A stretch of 64,000 nucleotides of DNA from positions 141,212 through 205,211 of the forward strand of contig CAZIZK010000002.1 of the NCBI GenBank assembly GCA_964544225.1, written 5' to 3'. Below the pieces are notes generated by a model that worked only from the letters and a program-made list of their open reading frames with translations, was not told the origin of the DNA and did not search any database. This document shows positions 8,958-18,176 of this stretch, in pieces. The stretch's first letter is position 1, and every line of letters starts with the position of its first letter. Source of the DNA: an uncultured Candidatus Saccharibacteria bacterium (GTDB taxonomy: Bacteria > Patescibacteriota > Minisyncoccia > Phycocordibacterales > UBA9973). Made by a program: the position numbers and the translations under genes.

Positions 8958-10340
8958 TTACCAGCCAAAATTCTTGCCCACTTCGTCGGCTGTCTCACGT
9001 TTACGAGCAATAACAATGTGGCCGTTCTCCACTATCAACTTCAATGGTGAAGACAACATGCAGTGGTGTGCTGCTAGTGGGTCTTGGTATGCACCTGTGT
9101 CGAACACGGCTATGTACATCGGGTCGCCACCTTCACTGGAATCATAATCTGGTAATGTTACAGCGCCATCTACGCCTGTATATATGTCGTCACTATCACA
9201 AGATGAACCAGCGAGCCATACATCATTTAACTCGCCATCACGTTTGTTGTTTACTGGTGCCAATGCCCACTTCTGGCCAATAGCCCAAGTGTCTAGCAAG
9301 TCGTTCATAAAGCTTCCGTCTATTACGTACCACTTTTTTGCAGGAGCCTTTTTATTATTTATCGGCTTTGTATCGATAACTTTAAATACAGTTATCTGGG
9401 CAGGGGCTACAATATAGCGACCCCATTCGCAAATCAGGTTTGGGTGCGCAACTCCACGCTTGTCGGCCTCGTCCCTCATTAATTTCAATATCTTATCCAT
9501 TAATTTATCCACTGGATAGCTCTTGTTCCTTGTATACGGTATTGGCATACCACCACCAATGTCGAGTGTGTCGAGTGATGGATTAATCTCCTTTAGTTTA
9601 AAGAATACATCCAGAGCGTATTTAATAGGGCCTAGTACGTCAGACAATTTCTCTATCTGTGAACCTATATGATAATGTAATATTTTTAGATTTTTAAATT
9701 TACCCATTTCCAATATCTCCTTTGCGCCGAACCCAAAACGGTCGATGGGCTTGTTCCAGTACGAATCAGCCTTTACTGGCATGTCTAGGCGTATACCCAC
9801 ATCGTATTTAGAATGCTGTAGGAACTTCAATTCATTTGGCCCTTCGATAAGTGGAAATATCTTCACACCTTTGTGTTGTAGGTCGTCGATGAGGTTTATG
9901 TATTTGTCAGTTTTAGGGCCCGAGCAAAGTATGCGAATATCTGGGTTGAACTTCTCTTGTTCCAACATCTTCTTTATTAGGTACAGATCATTGAAAGATG
10001 AAGTTTCGAGGTGGGCACCCTCACCCACGATACTCATAACAATTTCCTTATTCTGGTTCACCTTCATCGGGTAATGGTAGAAGAACTTGCCTTTGTAGCC
10101 CACCTTCTTTGAAAGTGATGCTGTTAGGTCTAGGAAGTCCTCCAGCCTCTCCTCCACCACGAATGGCAAAAGAATCTCCAGTGATGTACCGAACTTCTCT
10201 GCAAGATATCGAACGTTATAAATATTGTGCCCTTCTTTGATTATCAAGTCACCCTCCTTGCTGTAATCAAAATATTGAGTATTGAACTCGGTAGCCCCAA
10301 GCTTCCAAAGTTTCTTAGAAGCTACTGATTTTTTGGTCAT
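8958..10340 (-). CDS. speA: biosynthetic arginine decarboxylase, SpeA-type (PLP fold-III decarboxylase), short form
   Basis: YPMKVNQ (SpeA-type PIKVNQ PLP-lysine motif rather than the ODC/LysA YAVKxN), YHIGSQ, LDIGGGMPIPY, EWGRYIVAPA, SSCDSDD substrate-loop Cys. 460 aa. Confidence 0.75.
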   Translation of the reverse strand: MTKKSVASKKLWKLGATEFNTQYFDYSKEGDLIIKEGHNIYNVRYLAEKFGTSLEILLPFVVEERLEDFLDLTASLSKKVGYKGKFFYHYPMKVNQNKEIVMSIVGEGAHLETSSFNDLYLIKKMLEQEKFNPDIRILCSGPKTDKYINLIDDLQHKGVKIFPLIEGPNELKFLQHSKYDVGIRLDMPVKADSYWNKPIDRFGFGAKEILEMGKFKNLKILHYHIGSQIEKLSDVLGPIKYALDVFFKLKEINPSLDTLDIGGGMPIPYTRNKSYPVDKLMDKILKLMRDEADKRGVAHPNLICEWGRYIVAPAQITVFKVIDTKPINNKKAPAKKWYVIDGSFMNDLLDTWAIGQKWALAPVNNKRDGELNDVWLAGSSCDSDDIYTGVDGAVTLPDYDSSEGGDPMYIAVFDTGAYQDPLAAHHCMLSSPLKLIVENGHIVIARKRETADEVGKNFGW

Positions 10341-10418
10341 TTCATATAAGCAAGCCTACTGCTCGCACTAAACGAATAATAAAGTAATAATAGCAGAAAT
10401 GAAGGATATGTAAATAGT

Positions 10419-11252
10419 TTAGATATTCTTACCAACAAGGAATCCCTCTGAACCCTTTTTGTTGCAATTATGAGCAAAAACAATCAATCCATCCTTTGAA
10501 GCTTTCACAACCTTGCATCCATCAAGAGCTACAATTTGACCTTTTTTTATTTTTTCGAAATCTTTAAATTTCTTTTTTAAAACAAATGAATCTGTCTTTG
10601 TGTGGTAAATAGAGGTCATTTTAATATTCTCTCTTGCAACTTTTATACTTTTTTTAGATTCTATATGACCTTGAGCTTGCAAGAAAGACTGTATTGCATT
10701 AAATGCATTTTTTATAGACTTTTTATCATTATGCTGACCACACTCGACACAAATACCTACCTTACCTATATCATTCATATAACCCTCGGTTCCACCGGGT
10801 TCAATAGTATTAAAATTGTATAACACTCTTTTGAAATCTTTTGGAAATGAATTGATTATTTTATTTGCATTTTTCTCACAAATTATAAAGGGTGCATTTT
10901 TGTGGGTTGTGGAATGTATATCCAACAATGCATCGGCTTTGTTTAACAATTTCTTTATGAACAATGACCTCTTGTACTCATATGATGATTTTATGTTCTT
11001 AGTATATTTATTATCTCTACTGAATAATCTATTTAAGTTAACTTCAGTAAATCTCTTTTTTTGTTCTATTGCTTTTGGATTACCAAAAATAAATACAACC
11101 TTACCTTTTTGTATTTCTAAGTTTGGTAAAATTAATTTAAAAGCTTCAACTCCACAGCCTTCGTCACCATGAGTGCCTGCCATAATAACACTTACTTTAC
11201 CTGGTTTTATTCCTTTTTTCTCTATTACTTCTTCCATGCATATAAAATACAT
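10419..11252 (-). CDS. succinylglutamate desuccinylase/aspartoacylase (AstE/AspA) family Zn-dependent deacylase
   Basis: N-terminal MAGTHGDEGCG matches the family GTHGNE zinc-binding motif. Size 277 aa. Confidence 0.6.
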   Translation of the reverse strand: MYFICMEEVIEKKGIKPGKVSVIMAGTHGDEGCGVEAFKLILPNLEIQKGKVVFIFGNPKAIEQKKRFTEVNLNRLFSRDNKYTKNIKSSYEYKRSLFIKKLLNKADALLDIHSTTHKNAPFIICEKNANKIINSFPKDFKRVLYNFNTIEPGGTEGYMNDIGKVGICVECGQHNDKKSIKNAFNAIQSFLQAQGHIESKKSIKVARENIKMTSIYHTKTDSFVLKKKFKDFEKIKKGQIVALDGCKVVKASKDGLIVFAHNCNKKGSEGFLVGKNI

Positions 11253-11332
11253 TAAATAAATTTTATATGCAAATAAAAAAGGCCCGTGCTGTATATACAG
11301 TCGGTGCCCTTTTTCAAAATATTGTTTGTTTA

Positions 11333-12565
11333 CTAATCAGCTTTGATTAGCTCACGAGCTTCATCCAACATATTGAATGCATGCTCGTGTGAAAGAAAAG
11401 AGATAGCGGTCAGGTCCACAGAACCATGCCTTATGATTCCTGGATTTGTAACGAGTACAAAACCACTCTTTTTTGGCACGAGGCGTTTACCCAACAACAC
11501 CTGAAGTTCTGCAAAAGATGATACCTTTGCGTGGCTGGTGTGCTGATGCCGAACAAAGTGAGGCTTGCCCTCCATTTCTTTATTCTTCAGATACCGGTTT
11601 ACAGCATCATAGATGAACAGGATCGCACCTTTGCGTGGATTCAGGTCACTCCAATAGAAGTGTCCATCATTGCAAACAAGGATATCACAACACATAAAGC
11701 CAAGGCCTCCGCGTTTTGCAATACACTCGGTCAGCATTTTGTACTCTACAAAAATACTGTCCAACAAATCGTTTGGGATTTTTGTGGGAAAAATTGTTCC
11801 CACATAGCTAACATTCTCAGCCAGCTGCTCAAAACAATTCAGGAACTTTACGTTTCCATTAAAATCAATTTCCCAATGCATGGAGATTTCCATTGCCACG
11901 GGGATAAGCTTTTCAATAATGTACTCATCTTTGAGTGCATCATATTCAGCTTTTGATTTTATCGGGACTATTGTTCCGAGGCCTGCACCACCGGTACCAT
12001 ACACATGCTTTGCGATGTACCCATTTTGGCTTTCGCCAAGCATTAATACAACATCTTCCCACTCTACTCCACCGTGTGTTTTATCAACATACGGTAATGC
12101 AGAAATTCCGGCTTGCTTGCAAAGCTCCTTGAAATTTGATTTCCTTTGGAACTCATTTGCAAACTCGAAATTGATATAGGAAGGCATCTTTAACTCTTCA
12201 GCCAAGCGCTGTTCCTTTACCGACGGAGTAAAAAACTCCAGTCGTACATCATACCCATTTACCGCTTTCAGCAGACTTGATTTAACCTCATTTTTGTTCA
12301 AGATTAATTCAGAAAGGATCTGATTTTGCTCAAAAGGCCCAGCGGTTAGTAAAGTTGGGATACTGAAACCAAGATGCTTCCAGTATTTAACATAATCAGA
12401 ATCAATAGGGTTCGTTGTTATTACAACATCACCTGATTTACCCTGACTAAGGGCTGCTCTTTGATCGAAATCTTGTTCAGATTCCAACCCTAAGAAATGT
12501 GGATTACTTTGGCTATCAATGATAACTCTTCGTACCCTTGCTGCTTCAACCGATTCTCTTTTCAT
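11333..12565 (-). CDS. ATP-grasp family ligase (amide/peptide ligase-like)
   Basis: C-terminal ATP-grasp hallmark CDILVCNDGHFYWSDLNPRKGA (D.l...dG..y.lE/DlNprpG) and a Gly-rich loop GTGGAGLG. 410 aa, N-terminal pre-ATP-grasp-like region. Confidence 0.6.
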   Translation of the reverse strand: MKRESVEAARVRRVIIDSQSNPHFLGLESEQDFDQRAALSQGKSGDVVITTNPIDSDYVKYWKHLGFSIPTLLTAGPFEQNQILSELILNKNEVKSSLLKAVNGYDVRLEFFTPSVKEQRLAEELKMPSYINFEFANEFQRKSNFKELCKQAGISALPYVDKTHGGVEWEDVVLMLGESQNGYIAKHVYGTGGAGLGTIVPIKSKAEYDALKDEYIIEKLIPVAMEISMHWEIDFNGNVKFLNCFEQLAENVSYVGTIFPTKIPNDLLDSIFVEYKMLTECIAKRGGLGFMCCDILVCNDGHFYWSDLNPRKGAILFIYDAVNRYLKNKEMEGKPHFVRHQHTSHAKVSSFAELQVLLGKRLVPKKSGFVLVTNPGIIRHGSVDLTAISFLSHEHAFNMLDEARELIKAD

Positions 12566-12676
12566 TTTGCTATTATTTTATTTTAAACATAATATACAAC
12601 ATTTTACAAAAAATGCAATACCTACATAAAAATAACCCCACCAAATGGCAGGGTTATAAATTTGTTTTAATAAGTC

Positions 12677-12985
12677 TCAAATTGGGATTATTTTTATATC
12701 CCACTCCCAGCCATTTAGCCGGTATTGAGTTTTTGATACAATTTTTTGATCTGGAAATTTTTGTTCTATCAACCCAATAGCAATATTTACTATAGGTTGG
12801 TATTTAAAACTTTCCTCTTGAATAATTCTATCATTCAATCTTCGGATCACTATCTTTGGAGTAATTCCATCCGAAGCGATTCTCTGCTCCGCAATAAAAT
12901 TTTTACCCAATCTCCTTTGAACATAAAGTGAGATAATTGGTAAAACTTCAGGTAGTATGGACTTTATGTTTTGTGTCTTTTCCAT
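12677..12985 (-). CDS. hypothetical small protein (102 aa)
   Basis: ORF only. AT-rich region between the ATP-grasp gene and dnaJ. No motif recognised. Confidence 0.3.
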   Translation of the reverse strand: MEKTQNIKSILPEVLPIISLYVQRRLGKNFIAEQRIASDGITPKIVIRRLNDRIIQEESFKYQPIVNIAIGLIEQKFPDQKIVSKTQYRLNGWEWDIKIIPI

Positions 12986-12996
12986 ATTCTTAGAGT

Positions 12997-13254
12997 TTAA
13001 AGGATTTTTACAGTTAGTTCATTTGTGTTGTTGAAAATGAAATCAAATTTATTGGAACTGAATTCAAATGAAATCTTTTCCTTTAATTCTTTTACCACTT
13101 CTGCTGATAGTGCCAATTGAACATTGGGATTACGGATAACAATACTATCCAATTCCAGAGATATAATCTCCAATGAAAAATGTGATCTCCTCCATACTAT
13201 TTCCTGCACTTTAGACAGAAAATTGTGATCTACTTGAGTTACTACTCTACTCAT
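12997..13254 (-). CDS. hypothetical small protein (85 aa)
   Basis: ORF only. Adjacent to the 102-aa ORF on the same strand. Confidence 0.3.
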   Translation of the reverse strand: MSRVVTQVDHNFLSKVQEIVWRRSHFSLEIISLELDSIVIRNPNVQLALSAEVVKELKEKISFEFSSNKFDFIFNNTNELTVKIL

Positions 13255-13321
13255 AATATTACGTTTTTATTTTTCAACACAATAACACAAAAAGTGATTT
13301 TACGCAACAATACTAAAACAA

Positions 13322-13375
13322 AAATACATAGGACGGTCCTATGTATTTCCCAGATAGTTACCAGGTAACTATCTG
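13322..13375 (-). terminator. dnaJ terminator: two tandem perfect hairpins followed by a T-run on the minus strand
   Basis: cagatagttacc-agg-taactatctg (10-bp stem) and aaatacatagga-cg-gtcctatgtattt (12-bp stem) with T-run. Confidence 0.65.
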
Positions 13376-14476
13376 TTAGATTCCCTCTTCTTTTAGCTTC
13401 TCGATTAGTTCGCGGGACTTTTTATTTAGTTTGTTTGGCATCTTGATCTGGATACGTAGGATAATGTCACCACGATTTCGTCCACCTTGTGGCACACCCT
13501 TGCCACGCACTCGTAGTAGTTCGCCATGACCGATACCTTCGGGGATTGTTACTTCGAGCTTACCATCCAGTGTTGTAAGCTCGTATTTCATGCCTAGGAG
13601 CGCTTCTGAGAGCTTTATAGGTAGATCCATAGTTAGGTTGGCACCATCACGTTTGAAAGTACTGTGGGGCTTTACATTGATCTTGATATACAAGTCACCA
13701 CTTTGGCCACCCTTTACCGCCTCGCCCATTGCTGTCATGCGGATCATTTCGCCATTGTTTATACCTGCTGGGATCTTGATATCTATCTCAGACTGTTTGC
13801 GGGCTACACCTGCACCACGACATTCGGTACACTTTTCTTCAGGAATTTTTCCAGCACCTTCACATTTGCTACACTCTACAACTGTCTGGAATGTGCCAAG
13901 CATGGAGCGCTTCATCTCGCGGACTTTACCCTGACCATTACATGCCGTACAAGTGTTTGTCTTTGTACCTTTCTTTGCACCAGATCCACTACAGATGTCG
14001 CACTGTGATTGCTTTGTGATTAGTACCTTCCTCTCTACGCCGAATACTGAATCCTCGAAGCTAATATCTATCTCAGTAGAAATGTCGCGTCCACGGCGTG
14101 ACTGTGCACGGCCACGGCCCATACCTCCGCCGAAAAAGTCACCAAATATATCACCAAGGTCACCCATGTCGAACTCTACTCCGCTACCATTTTGGAATCC
14201 TGAAAAGTCGAATCCGCCAAATCCTCCGCCTTGGCCACCACCGTATCCACCACCGAAGCCTTGTGGGCCGTCGGCTGAACCAAACTGATCATAGCTTGAA
14301 CGCTTCTTGTCATCAGAAAGAACCTGGTAGGCTTCGTTGACCTCCTTGAATTTACTATCGTCACCTTTATTTTTATCTGGGTGGTATTTATGAGCAAGTT
14401 TATGAAAAGCCTTCTTTATCTCATCCTTACTTGCCCCCTTATTTACCCCCAATGTTTCGTAGTAATCTTTCGCCAT
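13376..14476 (-). CDS. dnaJ: chaperone DnaJ
   Basis: J-domain with HPD (YHPDKN), G/F-rich linker, four CxxCxGxG zinc-finger repeats, C-terminal domain. Confidence 0.95.
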   Translation of the reverse strand: MAKDYYETLGVNKGASKDEIKKAFHKLAHKYHPDKNKGDDSKFKEVNEAYQVLSDDKKRSSYDQFGSADGPQGFGGGYGGGQGGGFGGFDFSGFQNGSGVEFDMGDLGDIFGDFFGGGMGRGRAQSRRGRDISTEIDISFEDSVFGVERKVLITKQSQCDICSGSGAKKGTKTNTCTACNGQGKVREMKRSMLGTFQTVVECSKCEGAGKIPEEKCTECRGAGVARKQSEIDIKIPAGINNGEMIRMTAMGEAVKGGQSGDLYIKINVKPHSTFKRDGANLTMDLPIKLSEALLGMKYELTTLDGKLEVTIPEGIGHGELLRVRGKGVPQGGRNRGDIILRIQIKMPNKLNKKSRELIEKLKEEGI

Positions 14477-14498
14477 AGTATTTTTATACTATCACAAA

Positions 14499-16391
14499 TT
14501 ATTTCTGCTCACCACTCTCATTAGTTTCTGCATCCTTGATCTCTTCTGATTGAGGTTCAGCTGTAGTGCCGGCCTCTGGAGTGGCACCTGCCTTGCTCAT
14601 AGCTTCACCAATTTTTGACATCTCGGCTGACAATTCCTCGGCGGATTTCTTGATAGCGTCTATGTCTGTGCCATCCTTTGCAGTGCGAAGTGCTGTGATC
14701 TTTTCCTCTACACTTGCCTTCAAAGTTGCATCTACCTTATCGCCGTATTCCTTTATAGACTTCTCGGCAGAGAATATCATCATCTCGGCAGTATTCTTCT
14801 CATCCACTAGGGCCTTCTTCTTTGCGTCTTCTTCGGCATGTAGCTCGGCATCCTGTTGCATCTTCTTTATATCCTCGTCTGTTAGGCCTGAACCTGCTTC
14901 GATACGGATACTCTGTTCCTTGCCACTTGCTTTATCCTTTGCCTTTACATTCAATATTCCGTTCGCATCTACGTCGAAAGTAACCTCTACCTGTGGCATA
15001 CCACGTGGTGCTGGAGGAATACCGTCCAGAATAAATCGGCCTAGAGATTTGTTGTCAGTTGCCATTGGGCGCTCACCCTGAGTGATGTGTATTTCTACAC
15101 TTGTCTGATTGTCGGCAGCAGTAGAGAATGTTTGTGATTTGGAACTTGGGATAGTTGTATTACGCTCTATCAACTTTGTAGCGACACCTCCAAGAGTCTC
15201 GATACCGAGTGATAGTGGTATAACATCGAGCAACAATACATCCTTTACATCACCTTGCAATACACCTGCCTGCACGGCTGCACCTAGGGCTACAACTTCA
15301 TCTGGGTTGATAGAACGGTTTGGTTCCTTGCCACCGAACAATGCTTTTACCGCTTCGATTATGGCTGGCATACGAGTCTGTCCACCAACGAGGATCACTT
15401 CATTGATCTCATTCATCTTGAAAGGTGAAGCTTCCATCGCGCGCTTTGTAATAGCGATCGACTGTTCGATATATTCAGAAGCTAGAGATTCTAATTGTGC
15501 ACGAGACATCTTCTCCACCAAGTGCTCGGGGCCGTTGGCACCACTTGTGATAAATGGAATATTTATTTCAGTTTCAGGAGTTGTAGAAAGTTCGATCTTT
15601 GCCTTTTCTGCAGCTTCATCCAGACGCTGGATAGCAAGAGGGTCCTTACTGATATCAATACCGGTCTTCTTCTTGAACTCGTCTGCAAGCCAGCTTATTA
15701 TCTTCTGATCGATATCGCGGCCTCCCATATGAGAGTCTCCATCTGTAGACTTTACTTCAATAACGTCGCCTGACACTTCTAGAACTGACACATCGAAAGT
15801 TCCACCCCCAAAGTCGTAGACAACTATCTTTTCATCTTTTTTTGTATTGAAGCCGTATGCAAGGGCTGCTGCTGTAGGCTCATTAATAATCCTCTTTACA
15901 TCCAACCCTGCGATAGCACCTGCATCCTTTGTGGCTTTACGTTGTGAGTCGTTGAAGTATGCTGGAACTGTAATGATAGCCTCGGTTACCTTCTCGCCCA
16001 ATTTTGCCTCTACATCGGCCTTTATCTTTGCTAGTATCATTGCAGATATTTCCTCGGGGCGTGACCACTTGTCACCAATGTTTACTTCTGCTCCACCGTC
16101 TGTACCTGCTTGGATCTTGAAAGGAGCGGTCTTTTGAGTCTTCTGGATTTCTGGATCCTCAAATCGGTGACCCATGAAGCGCTTTATACCGTAGATAGTG
16201 TTGGCAGGGTTTGTAACAGCCTGACGCTTTGCGAGCAAGCCTACAAGCCTGTCACCATTCTTACCCACAGCAACGATAGATGGAGTTGTACGTCCACCTT
16301 CGATATTCTCGATTATCTTTGGCTGACCACCTTCAATGATAGCCACCGCACTGTTTGTTGTACCCAAATCTATACCAATTATTTTACTCAT
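14499..16391 (-). CDS. dnaK: chaperone DnaK (Hsp70)
   Basis: [18 protein letters not shown], full-length Hsp70 with acidic C-terminal tail. Confidence 0.97.
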   Translation of the reverse strand: MSKIIGIDLGTTNSAVAIIEGGQPKIIENIEGGRTTPSIVAVGKNGDRLVGLLAKRQAVTNPANTIYGIKRFMGHRFEDPEIQKTQKTAPFKIQAGTDGGAEVNIGDKWSRPEEISAMILAKIKADVEAKLGEKVTEAIITVPAYFNDSQRKATKDAGAIAGLDVKRIINEPTAAALAYGFNTKKDEKIVVYDFGGGTFDVSVLEVSGDVIEVKSTDGDSHMGGRDIDQKIISWLADEFKKKTGIDISKDPLAIQRLDEAAEKAKIELSTTPETEINIPFITSGANGPEHLVEKMSRAQLESLASEYIEQSIAITKRAMEASPFKMNEINEVILVGGQTRMPAIIEAVKALFGGKEPNRSINPDEVVALGAAVQAGVLQGDVKDVLLLDVIPLSLGIETLGGVATKLIERNTTIPSSKSQTFSTAADNQTSVEIHITQGERPMATDNKSLGRFILDGIPPAPRGMPQVEVTFDVDANGILNVKAKDKASGKEQSIRIEAGSGLTDEDIKKMQQDAELHAEEDAKKKALVDEKNTAEMMIFSAEKSIKEYGDKVDATLKASVEEKITALRTAKDGTDIDAIKKSAEELSAEMSKIGEAMSKAGATPEAGTTAEPQSEEIKDAETNESGEQK

Positions 16392-16458
16392 ATGTTTTTA
16401 TATATTAATTAATAATAATTTCTAATTTGTAAATCAATTATATACTCACTTTTACTTT

Positions 16459-16496
16459 TTGACAAGTATTTAGCGACCGCTGAATACTTGTATATC
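16459..16496. promoter_or_regulatory. TTGACA -35-like hexamer overlapping a 28-bp near-perfect palindrome (candidate operator) in the dnaK / regulator divergent intergenic region
   Basis: ttgaca at 16459-16464. caagtatt-TAGCGACCGCTG-aatacttg at 16463-16490 (8-bp perfect arms, spacer itself partly palindromic gcgaccgc). Confidence 0.45.
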
Positions 16497-16522
16497 GATA
16501 ATATACATGATAATATATTTTT

Positions 16523-17035
16523 ATGTCAAGTAAAAAGGACTATTCGAAGAAAATCATAAATATATTGGCGAAAAAGCCAGCCGTAGCTATAAATGACATA
16601 GTGGGTAATGACGCCGGCAAGTCCAAATATGCCATTATTCGCTCCATAAAAGGCCTACAGGAGGCTGGATTGGTAGAACAGGTATCTTCAGGTCAGAACG
16701 ATTATGCCCGCCTTACAAAGCAAGGCAAGAAAAAGGCCCTCAGTATCCGCCTAGATAGCACAGATAGCCTCAGTACCAACTGGGATGGCAAATGGCGCAT
16801 AATACTCCTAGACCTGCCCGAGAGTCGCAAGAACGAACGCGAGAGCCTTCGCTACCTACTAAAAAAAGCAGGGTTCACCTGCATGAAGAATTCTGCTTGG
16901 ATATCCCCTTACCCATTCGAACACATGTTCTACAATATTAAAAAGGATCTGAGTCTCACCACTGAAATGATGATCATCGTCACCGACAACCTCGACCCCG
17001 AAACAGAGAACGCATTTCTAAATTTACATAAATAA
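16523..17035 (+). CDS. putative transcriptional regulator: N-terminal winged-HTH plus C-terminal Cas2-like/PaaX-C-like domain
   Basis: N-terminal about 60 aa HTH-like (KKPAVAINDIVGNDAGKSKYAIIRSIKGLQEAGLV). C-terminal WRIILLDLPESRKNERESLRYLLKKAGFTCMKNSAWIS follows the Cas2 beta-alpha-beta pattern (hhhhhD..., RR.K..K.L...G, RvQ.SVf). Divergent from dnaK. Confidence 0.5.
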   Translation: MSSKKDYSKKIINILAKKPAVAINDIVGNDAGKSKYAIIRSIKGLQEAGLVEQVSSGQNDYARLTKQGKKKALSIRLDSTDSLSTNWDGKWRIILLDLPESRKNERESLRYLLKKAGFTCMKNSAWISPYPFEHMFYNIKKDLSLTTEMMIIVTDNLDPETENAFLNLHK

Positions 17036-17058
17036 AAACACCCATTGGGTGTTTTTAT
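17033..17058. terminator. bidirectional terminator acaccca-t-tgggtgt with flanking A/T runs
   Basis: Perfect 7-bp stem between convergent genes. Confidence 0.6.
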
Positions 17059-18044
17059 TTATGTTTATGATTACGCCGGAAAGCACGATCTAAGCTTTTT
17101 ATATCTTCAAATTTTTTCTCTAGATATGGTTCGATGATCTTGTGTGCATCATACTCTATAGAACCGGGTTTGTTATATTCTTTTAATTGTGATTTTATAA
17201 AACTGTGCTCTTTAGATGTTACAACATCACCAGCAATTCTTAAACCATCTTGAATCATTTGCAAAGTAGAGCCAACAGGATGTTCATCAAATTGTTTAGC
17301 ATGAGCCCATTCAGCAACTAAATCTCTTAATTGGAAATGTCCACCCAAGCTTTTATAATCTTGTGCATTTATAAAAACAGTATGTGTAAAAGAATTATAA
17401 TGAGCTACTTTATTATCATTGGAAATCAAAAAATCTCGGTTTTTACCGAAAGTCCAATCTATTTTAGGAGACCCACATTCTTTTTCCACCTCCCACAACT
17501 TTTTATAAATAGTGTCATTGTATTCATACTTTTTAGGATAGTATCTACTTAATGATCTTTCAAAATATTTCAAAGTTTCCTGTTCATTTTCCAATTCTTG
17601 TTTTTTATCATTTATCTTATCTAATTTTGATAAAAATTTAACTAATTCCTGTTTATTAAAATTTATAAAATTTTCTGGAAGTGTTAATTTACTATCACCT
17701 TGCGAAGACCAACCAATAATATATTCTTTGAAAAAATGCATTTGTTCTTCTTCACTAAGAGAATCCAAACCTCCTAAATAATTCAATATATGGGTAGTTT
17801 GCTTGTCTGAGTGTGTATATACCTCTTTACCATCAACATTTGAAGCTTCTATTGTATTATTATGGGTAGCTTGATAATCAGCTATCAAACCAATAGTTAT
17901 GATAGTTGCCACTTGTCGTGTCCTCTTTAAGAATTTTAAAGCTTTTTCTTTAACCTGCTCTAAAGTAGACTTTTTTTCAGGAGTCTTTGGTTCTTCAGTG
18001 GTATTTACCGGTTCTGGATTTGTTTGTTTATTTATTCCCTCCAT
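17055..18044 (-). CDS. hypothetical protein (329 aa), Lys/Glu-rich, inserted between grpE and the dnaK regulator
   Basis: ORF only. N-terminal region with a probable TM (VATIITIGLIA). No motif recognised. Confidence 0.45.
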   Translation of the reverse strand: MEGINKQTNPEPVNTTEEPKTPEKKSTLEQVKEKALKFLKRTRQVATIITIGLIADYQATHNNTIEASNVDGKEVYTHSDKQTTHILNYLGGLDSLSEEEQMHFFKEYIIGWSSQGDSKLTLPENFINFNKQELVKFLSKLDKINDKKQELENEQETLKYFERSLSRYYPKKYEYNDTIYKKLWEVEKECGSPKIDWTFGKNRDFLISNDNKVAHYNSFTHTVFINAQDYKSLGGHFQLRDLVAEWAHAKQFDEHPVGSTLQMIQDGLRIAGDVVTSKEHSFIKSQLKEYNKPGSIEYDAHKIIEPYLEKKFEDIKSLDRAFRRNHKHK

Positions 18045-18176
18045 TTTCTAATTCTGTATTATTTATTTCATTTACAAAAGGCTCGGCTTCTTTTATGAGC
18101 TCCTTTGCGTCTTTTTCAAGAATGCTTAATAAGTCTTTTATATCTTCTTCGGTCATGGGTATATTATATACTTTTT

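Noticed and set aside
14566-16412. Several 90-200 aa plus-strand ORFs (14566..15081, 15109..15708, 15847..16137, 16110..16412) inside dnaK
   Set aside because: Antisense to a near-certain dnaK CDS. Low-complexity Ala/Ser-rich translations typical of antisense frames of GC-richer codons. Treated as spurious, as were similar shadow ORFs inside cysS, the kinase, speA, the ATP-grasp gene, dnaJ, rpoA, typA, rseP, ftsZ, valS and lepA.
16392-16522. CIRCE element upstream of dnaK and grpE
   Set aside because: Looked for TTAGCACTC-N9-GAGTGCTAA-like inverted repeats in both upstream regions and found none. A different palindrome is present instead (reported as a finding).
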